24,068 bases of DNA from positions 1 through 24,068 of IMG/VR virus record IMGVR_UViG_3300033076_001532. One strand, given 5' to 3'. The notes under the pieces are model-generated. The model made no database searches. It was not told the origin of the DNA and saw nothing but the letters and a program-made list of their open reading frames with translations. Position 1 is the stretch's first letter. Every line of letters starts with the position of its first letter. Positions 8,147 to 16,271 of this stretch are shown piece after piece. Source of the DNA: a virus (taxonomy: Duplodnaviria; Caudoviricetes). Both the position numbers and the translations under genes were made by a program.

Positions 8147-10977
8147 TGAGTAGTTTCAACGACTACGTTTCCTCATATTCTGATATCGCACAGGATTACA
8201 ATAGCTGGTTGAATGACAGGGGCAATATTCATTGGTCTCAATATGTTGATGCAGATTCATATTTAAAACAAGCATGGGAGGCAGAGAATAGAAGAAATGG
8301 GATTTCTAAATGGGATTGGGGTTGGAATCATTATCAACAGTACGGAAGAACAGAAGGACGTTTAACGCCAAAAGTTATAAACACAAACGGTTTGCCTGAT
8401 ATACCAGGCTCTGGAGGACGTGGTGGGTACACAACACTACCCGTGTATCAAGATGGTAGCGGAAACCCAACTACCAATGAAACTGCTCAAAGCGGTTTTG
8501 GATACGACCATTGGGAAAAACGTGGCGGAAAAAATGAGTATCGCGTTTTACCAGGAGGTAATTACTTTAGTGTTCAACCAGATGGCAGCATCTCTTTAAA
8601 CACACAATCAATTGGACAAGATGCTCAGCAAGCGTTTAAAAACTTTGTCACCAAATACAACAGCAGCAATGGCACCAATTTCAAAGATATTGCTAACTCG
8701 TTAAATGCATTAGGCGCAACTGAATCGAAAATATTAACAGACTCAGGTGCAACTAATACGCTTGTCAATACTTTTTATGGAAAAGTTACCCCCTGGGACC
8801 CCGGAAATAACTCGGCTTATCAGCCTCCAATGGGAGCATTTGATCCTACTTACTACGTCACAACCGATCAAGGAAGAGAAGCATACAATCAATGGCAAAA
8901 AGCTGTTGAAGGCACTATCAATATTGGTGGACAAGCTTATCCAGACGTTTCACTAGTTGGTAAATACACTCAAGATTCATTCTTACAGTACAACTATGCA
9001 GTTGTACATGGTAAAACTGAACGAGGTAATCGAGTTGTTAAGGCAGAAGCCGCTGAGGATTTTAACGAAATCCCAATGACTGATGCACAATACCAATTGT
9101 ATCGTGACCAGGTACTTGGATTGGGTTCGTTCACTACTTTAAAAGAATGGGAAGCAGCACAAGATCCTGTTTTTTTAAAAGAGTGGATTAATTCTTTATC
9201 TCCAGAAGATGCAGCAGATCGCGCTAGTGGGTATTTAACAATTCCATCTATTACTCAATTACCAGAAAAGCTTCGTGCTCAAGCAAAAATGTCAAAAGGA
9301 GACACGCTTCTTGAAGGAAAACTAACCAATGTCCTTGGCGCCAAAGAGCAAGAAGCAGCCAACAAGTTTAGATCTTTAACTATTGACACGTTTAAAGAAA
9401 CTTTAAAAGAGTACAAAAAACAACGCGCCAAAGAACAGCAGTTTGATTTTTATAGTGGGCTTCCAGGGTTTAATGAAATTATAAACGTGAATAAAGAATT
9501 ATCTAATTCTCTTTTGGGAGATACAGGTGTAGGAGGGGTTCTTTCGTTAACAGGGGAAAATCAAGAAAAATCAGAAGCTAATTTAGAAAAACAGTTTTCA
9601 GCAATAACTGGCATTCCCTCTAGATCAAGTGCGGTTTACAACTGGCAAAAGTGGTTTGATGAAACTTTGACAAAACGCTATCAAGAAGGAGCTACCTTTG
9701 CAGATTTTCAAGACCCTAATAGCCAATACACAATTGACAAAGAATTTGCAGAAGATTACATCAACCGTTACTTGAATCCTCGCTTTAATACGTCTCGTTC
9801 TATGTCAGAGTTTATGAGTTATATGGATGTAACGCAAGGAGAAGAAAACATTTTTCAAACACAAAGTGCGTTAAATTCTTTAAAAACTATGGCAGATTTA
9901 CGTGCTCAAAAATATTTAGACGACATTAAAAACTCAGGGAATTCCGGCTTTGATTCTGAGTTCTACTTCAATCCTTCTGGTGGAGATGTAGATAGCTCTA
10001 AGCATACTTTACAAAAGGAAAAAGTAACCGAAGATTGGGAAAAAGCTAAAACAAATGGAGAACAAGTTGTACCTGGTACAAATCCTCCGCAAACCTGGAA
10101 CCAGCTAGCTTACTACCATGGATACAATTTAAACGATAAAGCACAGTTTGCCAAACTCCATTATCAAGTATATGGAAGACAGCAAGGATTTGATCCGGCA
10201 CGTGATAAGTTATCGTTTAATGCTGCACAGTCTTTTATTGATAATGACATACTTCCGGCCATTGCAAATGAGAAGTTAAAGTTAGGCGGTGTTTCCTTTT
10301 TAAATTTTGTTACCCCTCGTGAATACGCGGATAAGATGCTGGAAGGCATTGACCCTATTGAAAATAAACCAGAGTGGGAAAAAGTGCTTAAATCTATGGG
10401 AATTACAGATGCAGATATGGGGATTGAAGAAGTAAAAACCTTTATTGAAGAAGCTTTCCAAACAGGAGAGGCAACTAAAATTCGAGAAGCAATCAAGTAC
10501 CTGAATGAAAAAAAAGAAGAAGTAACACAAGAAAAACTTGGCGTAGACTATATTGAACGTCCTGAAGACACAGCTCCTCGTACTGATCCCACAGAGACAC
10601 AGCTATATAGTGTGTTTAAAAGTGCAGGGTTTGCTGGAACAGAAGACGATTTTTACAAAGAATTTATGCCAGATGTTAACAGAGAAGATATGGAACTTTT
10701 AACACAAGCTGGAAAAGGGTTTAAAGAAGGCAGTGTTTTTAGCAAGTTAAGTAGCAACGATCCGTTTGAATCTATGGGCGCAATAGAAGGTTTATTTGCA
10801 GACGACGAAACAACTAAAGATGCTAGTAGTCAATCAACTTCTTCTGAAAAAAAGAAATCTTACTTTAGCTTATATAATGATGAAGATGATGAAGATACAA
10901 CAACGGCAAAATCAGACGCAGGTCAAAGCTTCCTTGGTAGCTTTACCAGTGCCTTTAAAGGTCTTACACCCAAGTAG
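8146..10977 (+). CDS. Large virion or internal protein, about 943 aa
   Basis: Long ORF with a TAATG overlap to the HNH stop (alternative start at 8140). It carries dispersed FDxxYY and HYxxYGRxEG-type motifs and an acidic tail. Confidence 0.6.
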   Translation: MSSFNDYVSSYSDIAQDYNSWLNDRGNIHWSQYVDADSYLKQAWEAENRRNGISKWDWGWNHYQQYGRTEGRLTPKVINTNGLPDIPGSGGRGGYTTLPVYQDGSGNPTTNETAQSGFGYDHWEKRGGKNEYRVLPGGNYFSVQPDGSISLNTQSIGQDAQQAFKNFVTKYNSSNGTNFKDIANSLNALGATESKILTDSGATNTLVNTFYGKVTPWDPGNNSAYQPPMGAFDPTYYVTTDQGREAYNQWQKAVEGTINIGGQAYPDVSLVGKYTQDSFLQYNYAVVHGKTERGNRVVKAEAAEDFNEIPMTDAQYQLYRDQVLGLGSFTTLKEWEAAQDPVFLKEWINSLSPEDAADRASGYLTIPSITQLPEKLRAQAKMSKGDTLLEGKLTNVLGAKEQEAANKFRSLTIDTFKETLKEYKKQRAKEQQFDFYSGLPGFNEIINVNKELSNSLLGDTGVGGVLSLTGENQEKSEANLEKQFSAITGIPSRSSAVYNWQKWFDETLTKRYQEGATFADFQDPNSQYTIDKEFAEDYINRYLNPRFNTSRSMSEFMSYMDVTQGEENIFQTQSALNSLKTMADLRAQKYLDDIKNSGNSGFDSEFYFNPSGGDVDSSKHTLQKEKVTEDWEKAKTNGEQVVPGTNPPQTWNQLAYYHGYNLNDKAQFAKLHYQVYGRQQGFDPARDKLSFNAAQSFIDNDILPAIANEKLKLGGVSFLNFVTPREYADKMLEGIDPIENKPEWEKVLKSMGITDADMGIEEVKTFIEEAFQTGEATKIREAIKYLNEKKEEVTQEKLGVDYIERPEDTAPRTDPTETQLYSVFKSAGFAGTEDDFYKEFMPDVNREDMELLTQAGKGFKEGSVFSKLSSNDPFESMGAIEGLFADDETTKDASSQSTSSEKKKSYFSLYNDEDDEDTTTAKSDAGQSFLGSFTSAFKGLTPK

Positions 10978-10982
10978 TAATC

Positions 10983-11348
10983 ATGAGCGAACGTAAAAAA
11001 GCCGCTAAAGCGGCTAAACTCCACAAGGATTCAATGGCATGTAACAAGCCAAGAAAAACACCTGGGCACCCAACTAAATCGCACGTTGTAAAAGCATGTG
11101 AAGGAGGCGAAGAAAAAATTATTCGCTTTGGGCAACAAGGCGTAGAAGGCGCTGGTAAAAATCCAACCACAGCCAAGGACAAGGCGCGTAAGAAATCTTA
11201 TTATGCACGTCATAATGCTCAAGATCCCAACCCAGACAAGATGTCGGCAAGGTACTGGTCGCACAAGGTGAAGTGGACGATCTTAAGTGGTATGATAATT
11301 CCAGAGTTACTTCACACATGTCTTCACATTGGAACTACGTTGACGTAA
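10983..11348 (+). CDS. Small basic phage protein whose C-terminus is extended into the HNH cassette
   Basis: K/R-rich core (CNKPRKTPGHPTKSHVVKAC...IIRFGQQG...SYYARH...ARYWSHKVKW) followed by a compositionally different 23-aa tail. Confidence 0.7.
   Translation: MSERKKAAKAAKLHKDSMACNKPRKTPGHPTKSHVVKACEGGEEKIIRFGQQGVEGAGKNPTTAKDKARKKSYYARHNAQDPNPDKMSARYWSHKVKWTILSGMIIPELLHTCLHIGTTLT
11268..11315 (+). promoter_or_regulatory. Extended -10 TGgTATGAT (11288-11296) in the loop of a hairpin ending 2 nt before ATG 11318
   Basis: GTGAAGTGG (11268-11276) pairs with TTACTTCAC (11307-11315): 7 Watson-Crick plus 2 GU pairs. Confidence 0.55.
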
Positions 11349-11734
11349 AGTGTACGGTTTGCGGAATAGAAGGGAGCATTCGAATTGATCAGTACAATCG
11401 CAAGGGCAAACAATGGGTTTGTCGCTCATGTGCTTTTTCTGGTAGAAAATTAGACTTGAAAAACCCTTCTGCTAAGCATGATCCAATAAAAGTGGGAGCC
11501 TGGAAAAGTTATTGGAGAGCAAAAAAGCGCGTAAATGAAAATCATCACAACGCCTATGCTCACGTTGAGTTTAAGTTTAAATCTTTTGAAGAGTTTTACA
11601 AAGAAATGGGGCCAAGACCAGAAGGCAAGAGTTTAGATCGGATTGATCCTTGGGGGCACTACGAATCAGGTAATGTCAGATGGGCTACACACAAAGAACA
11701 ATGCAATAATAGAAGAAAGAATCACATAAGGTGA
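11318..11734 (+). CDS. HNH homing endonuclease with N-terminal Zn ribbon, 138 aa
   Basis: CTVC...CRSC and MGPRPEGKSLDRIDPWGHYESGNVRWATHKEQCNNRR. Start reassigned to ATG 11318, 21 nt after TATGAT. Confidence 0.85.
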   Translation: MSSHWNYVDVKCTVCGIEGSIRIDQYNRKGKQWVCRSCAFSGRKLDLKNPSAKHDPIKVGAWKSYWRAKKRVNENHHNAYAHVEFKFKSFEEFYKEMGPRPEGKSLDRIDPWGHYESGNVRWATHKEQCNNRRKNHIR

Positions 11735-11738
11735 AGTA

Positions 11739-11972
11739 ATGACGCAATTAGCCGGTAAGTATATAGAGTTTGACGAGTATCTTGCTCCACAAACAAGATT
11801 AAGTCTCGGCCCTGGATATGAAAACATTACTGTAGAACAGCGCAAAGCATTGGAAAATGCACTGCGTACGATTCATACAGCTCCTCCAGGAAGTGAGCAA
11901 GCCGTACAAGGAATGATTCAGCTAGGCCAGATTCAAAACGCAATTGGTGCAGGGCAAGGAAACAAGCGCTAA
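11739..11972 (+). CDS. Hypothetical protein, 77 aa
   Basis: ORF that fills the gap between neighbours. No motif recognised. Confidence 0.6.
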   Translation: MTQLAGKYIEFDEYLAPQTRLSLGPGYENITVEQRKALENALRTIHTAPPGSEQAVQGMIQLGQIQNAIGAGQGNKR

Positions 11973-11998
11973 GCTATCTGGGTCGACTTCTTACCAGT

Positions 11999-12121
11999 AT
12001 GGCAAAACCCAAGTCCACCGCAATCCTGATTGAATCTAAGCCTAAGAAAACTCGTCAAGGCGACGGCAAACATTCACGTCCCAACCACGGACGTAAATTG
12101 TCTCGCGGTCAAGGCAAGTAG
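11999..12121 (+). CDS. Unannotated 40-aa highly basic protein MAKPKSTAILIESKPKKTRQGDGKHSRPNHGRKLSRGQGK
   Basis: Translated by hand, with TAAGCT at 11970-11975. The KPKKTRQG...RGQG pattern recalls small basic cyanophage proteins (from memory). Confidence 0.75.
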   Translation: MAKPKSTAILIESKPKKTRQGDGKHSRPNHGRKLSRGQGK

Positions 12122-12129
12122 AAATTATG

Positions 12130-12156
12130 TATACTTGGGGTAACAACTGTTACCCC
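12130..12156 (+). promoter_or_regulatory. -10 TATACT (12130-12135) immediately before a GC-rich hairpin that ends 2 nt before the lysozyme ATG
   Basis: GGGGTAAC (12137-12144), loop AACT, GTTACCCC (12149-12156). Confidence 0.7.
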
Positions 12157-12158
12157 TT

Positions 12159-12788
12159 ATGGATAATTACAAGCAAGCAATTGATTTGATCTGTCGTTAC
12201 GAAGGATTCAATGAGCTTGCTTATCCAGATCCTCAAACAGGTGCAGAGCCTTACACGATTGGATTTGGAACGCAATATTATCCTGACGGCAGTGTTGTTA
12301 AACGCAGTCAATGCTGCACAAAACACAAAGCCTTAGAGTATCTTGTCGATGAGCTCACAGTTTTAAATACAGAGCTTTTAAAACTGAACCTGGGTCTAGA
12401 CGAGAACATGCACCAGGCATTGCTTTCCTTCTGTCATTCAGTTGGCTGGGAAAGTTTTCTATACAGCGCCATCATTGATTGCCTTGAAGTCGATGACTAT
12501 GCTGGTGTAACAGAAGAAATTGCTCGTTGGGTCTTTGATGCAGAGCACCAGGTTATTGGTGGTCTCTTGGAACGACGTAGAGAAGAAATTAACTTGTTTC
12601 TGTCTGATGTTGAATCCAAGCCTTGGGTCGCCACAGACGTACTATTGCGTGCGTTTAGAAGCTATGGAGCAAAGCCCCATGAGACTGAAGCAATACGGAC
12701 CTTAGAGGCAACGATTAACCCGTATGCCCTGGCTGAGTTTGCCAATAGTTTCAAGCTAGATGACACCTCTGCTTTTTCAAGTGACTAG
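12159..12788 (+). CDS. Phage lysozyme (GH24-like) with a C-terminal accessory module, 209 aa
   Basis: LICRYEGFNELAYPD...PYTIGFGT (E-x8-D...T), ALLSFCHSVG and GLLERRREEINLF. Confidence 0.9.
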   Translation: MDNYKQAIDLICRYEGFNELAYPDPQTGAEPYTIGFGTQYYPDGSVVKRSQCCTKHKALEYLVDELTVLNTELLKLNLGLDENMHQALLSFCHSVGWESFLYSAIIDCLEVDDYAGVTEEIARWVFDAEHQVIGGLLERRREEINLFLSDVESKPWVATDVLLRAFRSYGAKPHETEAIRTLEATINPYALAEFANSFKLDDTSAFSSD

Positions 12789-12821
12789 CATCCTAGAATG
12801 AATGCAGTACTCAGGCTTTCC

Positions 12822-13118
12822 ATGGAGAACGAACCTACACGTAAAGAGTTTGAACTTCCTTTAGAGCTGCAGTTTGCCATGCGCAAAGCCGAACTGCAAA
12901 CAGAGGAGATGTGTTGGGAAGAGTTACAAGCTGCGCTATTAAACCTATATTTCCAACGAATGATGGAATGGGAAGCCGTCAAAGAAGTGATGTGCTCCGA
13001 AGGAATTGACATTGACTGGGATCTGCCTAGTGAGTTGGAATTAACTGAACTCGCCCTGGCTTGCATGCAGGACGAGTCGGACGATGATGACGACTTACAC
13101 TACGCACATCCTTTCTAA
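12822..13118 (+). CDS. nblA: NblA-like phycobilisome degradation adaptor with an acidic C-terminal extension, 98 aa
   Basis: ELPLELQFAMRKAELQTEEMCWEELQAALLNLYFQRMMEWEAVKEVM fits the NblA pattern LSLEQQFxxR...MSxxQxxxxLxxLYxQxxxxE. TAGAAT lies at 12794-12799. Confidence 0.7.
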   Translation: MENEPTRKEFELPLELQFAMRKAELQTEEMCWEELQAALLNLYFQRMMEWEAVKEVMCSEGIDIDWDLPSELELTELALACMQDESDDDDDLHYAHPF

Positions 13119-13141
13119 AGAATTTTGCATAGTGCATTGAT

Positions 13142-13175
13142 TTTTGCTATAGTGCATTTAGTGCTTATGGCAAAA
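13142..13175 (+). promoter_or_regulatory. -10 TATAGT (13148-13153) within the 5' arm of a long hairpin that includes the A of ATG 13175
   Basis: TTTTGCTATAG (13142-13152) pairs with TTATGGCAAAA (13165-13175), and GCAT/GTGC adds an inner stem. Confidence 0.65.
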
Positions 13176-13612
13176 TGAAACGTTTAAACCCAAAAACAAA
13201 TAAACCGTACAAACAAGGAGAACAACGAGAAGATGGTTATTATTTTTCGTGTTATTTGTTAAATAAAACAGATGAAAAAGGATGTTATTTAGAACGTTGG
13301 TATTCACCAATAACCTTTAAAAAATACAAAGAGAAAACAAAAAAACTAAACTGCGCAAACAATAAAAAGAAAAGAGAAGAGCGTAAAAAATATATTGATG
13401 CCTTAAAGACGTCAGAAGGGTGCTTTGACTGTGGATACAATAAGCACCCAGAAGCTTTACAGTTCGACCATCTTCCAGGTCAACAAAAATCTTTTGAAAT
13501 CTCAAAAGGAGTTCTTAAACCTCTAGATGAGGTTTTAAAAGAAATTAAAAAATGCCAAGTTGTGTGTGCATGTTGTCACGCAATACGCACACACAACCGC
13601 AGAACAAGATAA
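13175..13612 (+). CDS. HNH endonuclease, AT-rich and probably a mobile insertion, 145 aa
   Basis: CFDCGYNKHPEALQFDHL...EIKKCQVVCACCHAIRT. It is visibly more A-rich than its neighbours. Confidence 0.85.
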   Translation: MKRLNPKTNKPYKQGEQREDGYYFSCYLLNKTDEKGCYLERWYSPITFKKYKEKTKKLNCANNKKKREERKKYIDALKTSEGCFDCGYNKHPEALQFDHLPGQQKSFEISKGVLKPLDEVLKEIKKCQVVCACCHAIRTHNRRTR

Positions 13613-13927
13613 TTATTTGGAATCGTTTAGTTCTATTAAATGTTCTAAATACCATTTGCATTTTTTTAAATCCTGTACTCCGCCTTTATTTTTCCATCTC
13701 CATAAGTATTTAACACAGTTACCTCTTAAGTATCCTTCGTACTCTTCGATTGTCAACTGTGCTTCAATAGCTTCGATACACTCAATCCCACTTGCATCGG
13801 TGTAGTGAGAAGGATGGTTAACTACATCTTCTTTGATTACAGGAGATTTCTCAAGCGTAGCCCAGGGCACTGGACAAACACCATCTACACACCCATTGGT
13901 TTCTTCCACAGGGGAAAACATGTCCAT
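13613..13927 (-). CDS. DUF3310 / SaV-like protein (T7 gp1.7 nucleotide-kinase-related), 104 aa
   Basis: VNHPSHYT..GIECIEAI...GYLRGNCVKYLWRWKNKGGVQDLKKCKWYL. Confidence 0.85.
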   Translation of the reverse strand: MDMFSPVEETNGCVDGVCPVPWATLEKSPVIKEDVVNHPSHYTDASGIECIEAIEAQLTIEEYEGYLRGNCVKYLWRWKNKGGVQDLKKCKWYLEHLIELNDSK

Positions 13928-13960
13928 CGTAAAAATGCCGACTGAGACAGCCTAGCAGTC

Positions 13961-14326
13961 TTAACGGATCAAACCTTTGCGTTTGGCAGAAAGCAGAAGT
14001 TCTTCAGCATCTGGTTGACCCTCAATATCACCTTGAATACCAAGGGGCTTAGGGTTTGCACCATACAATTCCATTCCTTCTTCCATAGACGGAATGTAAC
14101 CCGTTAAGCCAGGCCGTTGGCCATAAAAACCTTGACCTTCAATGTTAAGTGGGTTGCGTTGCATGCCATCCATTGGAGCAACTAAGCCCGTGTTGTACAT
14201 ATCTTGAAGAGGTACGTCATGGGAATCGGTATCAAGAGGCGCACCAAAATCTTCAAAGTCAATACAACGGCACTTTACTTGATCATTATTTGCCGCAAAC
14301 TCTTGCAAAAACATTGAGGGCCGCAT
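13961..14326 (-). CDS. Hypothetical protein, 121 aa
   Basis: ORF that tiles with its neighbours. No motif recognised. Confidence 0.6.
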   Translation of the reverse strand: MRPSMFLQEFAANNDQVKCRCIDFEDFGAPLDTDSHDVPLQDMYNTGLVAPMDGMQRNPLNIEGQGFYGQRPGLTGYIPSMEEGMELYGANPKPLGIQGDIEGQPDAEELLLSAKRKGLIR

Positions 14327-14363
14327 TGTTTTCTTAGCGATATATCCTTTCTATAATGATAGT

Positions 14364-14687
14364 ATGAGCAAGTTTAGATCCAAGACTTACGACGCCGCCA
14401 AGGACTCCGGTACTTCCGCCGGGGTACCTACCGATCTGAACCCTGGGAAGGCCTACAACGTTGACCTGCGGTACGTACGACCACAAGAACGTGGTGTCGT
14501 TGGCTCTGCATCCAAAGGAGCAGTGGCACGCGTTGATCGTTTCATGCGCAGTGCGCGAGCTGCTGGTAAGTACCAAAAGAATCAACTCATTAACGAACCC
14601 ACCAGTGCCACGGCAGGTGACAGTGGTGGGCGTGCAGGTTCTACCGCATATGCGGACAAACCAAAACGATCGTTTGGCCGTATCTAA
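14364..14687 (+). CDS. Hypothetical basic protein, 107 aa, possibly on a leaderless mRNA
   Basis: ORF between two minus-strand genes. TATAAT at 14352-14357 is only 6 nt before the ATG. Confidence 0.6.
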   Translation: MSKFRSKTYDAAKDSGTSAGVPTDLNPGKAYNVDLRYVRPQERGVVGSASKGAVARVDRFMRSARAAGKYQKNQLINEPTSATAGDSGGRAGSTAYADKPKRSFGRI

Positions 14688-15271
14688 ACCTGTGGGAAAA
14701 CTACACTATTCGGTTGGTCTTGATACTTGCCTTTGCGATCTTGGTAGCTAACCTCGCAAGGATTACCACGGTAGAAAAGTAGTTGAGTAATCCCTTCATT
14801 TGCGTACACACGGTTGAATAAACCAGTGCAGTTACTAATCTCAAGCGTCAGGTAACCTTCCCACCCACTTTCGGCAGGCGTGATGTTAACTAAGATGCCA
14901 GAACGTGCATACGTAGATTTACCAACGGCAACGACTGTAATATCACGTGGCAGTTTTAAACGTTCTTGTGCAACGCCTAGGCAATAACCATACGGAGGAA
15001 GGAGGAAGTATTTACCGCGTTCATCTTCCAGAAGTTCCGCAGGTTTTAAAATACTTTCGTCAAATGCCTTGGGATCACAATCACCGGTTTGGATCTTACC
15101 AAAGATCAAGCACTGGCTGGGGGACAGGCGAATGTCATACCCATAAGAGCTAAGGCCGTAACTTAACAAACGACGACCATCTTCTTTGCTGACCAAACGG
15201 TCAACAAAAGGTTCGATCATTTGTTCTTTCTCAGCGCGTTCTTTGATTTCCCAATCGGCCAGGACGCTCAT
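14684..15271 (-). CDS. dcd: dCTP deaminase
   Basis: SYGLSSYGYDIRL, GKSTYARSGILVNITPAESGWEGYLTLEISN, YANEGITQLLF and YQDRKGKYQ. Confidence 0.95.
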   Translation of the reverse strand: MSVLADWEIKERAEKEQMIEPFVDRLVSKEDGRRLLSYGLSSYGYDIRLSPSQCLIFGKIQTGDCDPKAFDESILKPAELLEDERGKYFLLPPYGYCLGVAQERLKLPRDITVVAVGKSTYARSGILVNITPAESGWEGYLTLEISNCTGLFNRVYANEGITQLLFYRGNPCEVSYQDRKGKYQDQPNSVVFPQV

Positions 15272-15289
15272 AAATCCTCGATAGCTTGT

Positions 15290-15889
15290 TCAGTCTACAA
15301 GGAGATGACCACGCTCGCCGTAGATTTTACAAAAGCTTTCTACTGCATCTCCAGAGCGATCTTTAGGCGGTAGATACACCAAGAAAGAAGTGCACGTTTG
15401 TTTTTTCTCAACTTTTCCGTCAAGATTTCGCAGCAGATAAGGGACAGTCCGTAAAACGCACATAGGAAACTTGAAGATTTTTGGTTCGTATCGGATCATG
15501 TCCGGGCAGTTGCTGAAGTACAAGCCTTGTTCAATTTCATCTGCTAGCCAAGCGTGGTACATACGACGAAACCAAACGGCATGCGAAGAAGTCAACGTCA
15601 AGGACGAAGCACGTGTCATCTTCCACCGTTGGTTTTTTTGATCCCAAAAGTAGGATCCCGCTGGTGGGAACAAGTAGCAGCTCCCATACCACTGTTGGCT
15701 ATTTAAGCCATCATCCGAAGGAGTGTAGTACTCAGCTGCCTGTACATATTCATTGGCAACCTTAGAGCTAGCAACATCTAAATCAATGCCGCCTAATAGT
15801 TCGTTGGCTGCATGAACCAAATCTGCATTGGTAATTAATTCTGCACCTTCAACGCGTGCAGATACACCACGAATACCTTTTTCAGTCAT
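15290..15889 (-). CDS. Phage N6-adenine methyltransferase-like protein with a degenerate catalytic motif
   Basis: LGGIDLDVASSKVANEYVQAAEYYTPSDDGLNSQQWYGSCYLFPPAG follows the DLDPAS...DDGL..W.G..FLNPPY pattern. Start set at ATG 15889, overlapping the upstream stop. Confidence 0.7.
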   Translation of the reverse strand: MTEKGIRGVSARVEGAELITNADLVHAANELLGGIDLDVASSKVANEYVQAAEYYTPSDDGLNSQQWYGSCYLFPPAGSYFWDQKNQRWKMTRASSLTLTSSHAVWFRRMYHAWLADEIEQGLYFSNCPDMIRYEPKIFKFPMCVLRTVPYLLRNLDGKVEKKQTCTSFLVYLPPKDRSGDAVESFCKIYGERGHLLVD

Positions 15890-16271
15890 GGTTAGCAATA
15901 TCGTTGTAGTTTATTTCCAAATAGCGAATGCCCTTTTCGTCATTGATGACATACCCTGCTTTTTCCATCGGATTAATTTTTTGTGCTGCGCTAAGAATAC
16001 GTCGGAAAGTCTCAGCAAGATCTCCATTATTGCTACTCTCGCACTCTTCTTCTGCTGCGTGTATTTCTTTTAATGTCCAAAAGAATATAGAACGCTCCTT
16101 ATTGCCAGGTTGAAATACTAAAACGCCAGGACCTTCTGCATCCCAAAACTTCACATACTGTGCACCCATGTCACCAAGAATAAACTTGACAGTTGTGTCA
16201 AGCATCTTGGCCTTGGTCTCATCTAGCTCTGGACCAATGACTGATGCAATTAATTTCTCACGTCGATCCAC
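15882..16271 (-). CDS. Hypothetical protein, 129 aa
   Basis: ORF overlapping both neighbours by a few bases, as in an operon. Confidence 0.65.
   Translation of the reverse strand: MDRREKLIASVIGPELDETKAKMLDTTVKFILGDMGAQYVKFWDAEGPGVLVFQPGNKERSIFFWTLKEIHAAEEECESSNNGDLAETFRRILSAAQKINPMEKAGYVINDEKGIRYLEINYNDIANHD

Larger units (their letters stand above)
11259..11737 (+). mobile_element. Free-standing homing-endonuclease cassette bounded by a 16-nt imperfect direct repeat
   Basis: TCGCACAAGGTGAAGT (11259-11274) and TCACATAAGGTGAAGT (11722-11737) flank the HNH gene. Confidence 0.6.

Noticed and set aside
11277-11721. Group I intron carrying the HNH gene
   Set aside because: The HNH ORF fills almost the whole insert, leaving no room for a ribozyme core. 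A free-standing cassette fits better.
12137-12156. Hairpin before the lysozyme as an intrinsic terminator
   Set aside because: Only TTAT follows the stem (no real U-tract) and it abuts the ATG, so it is treated as a translational gate. Weak termination is not excluded.
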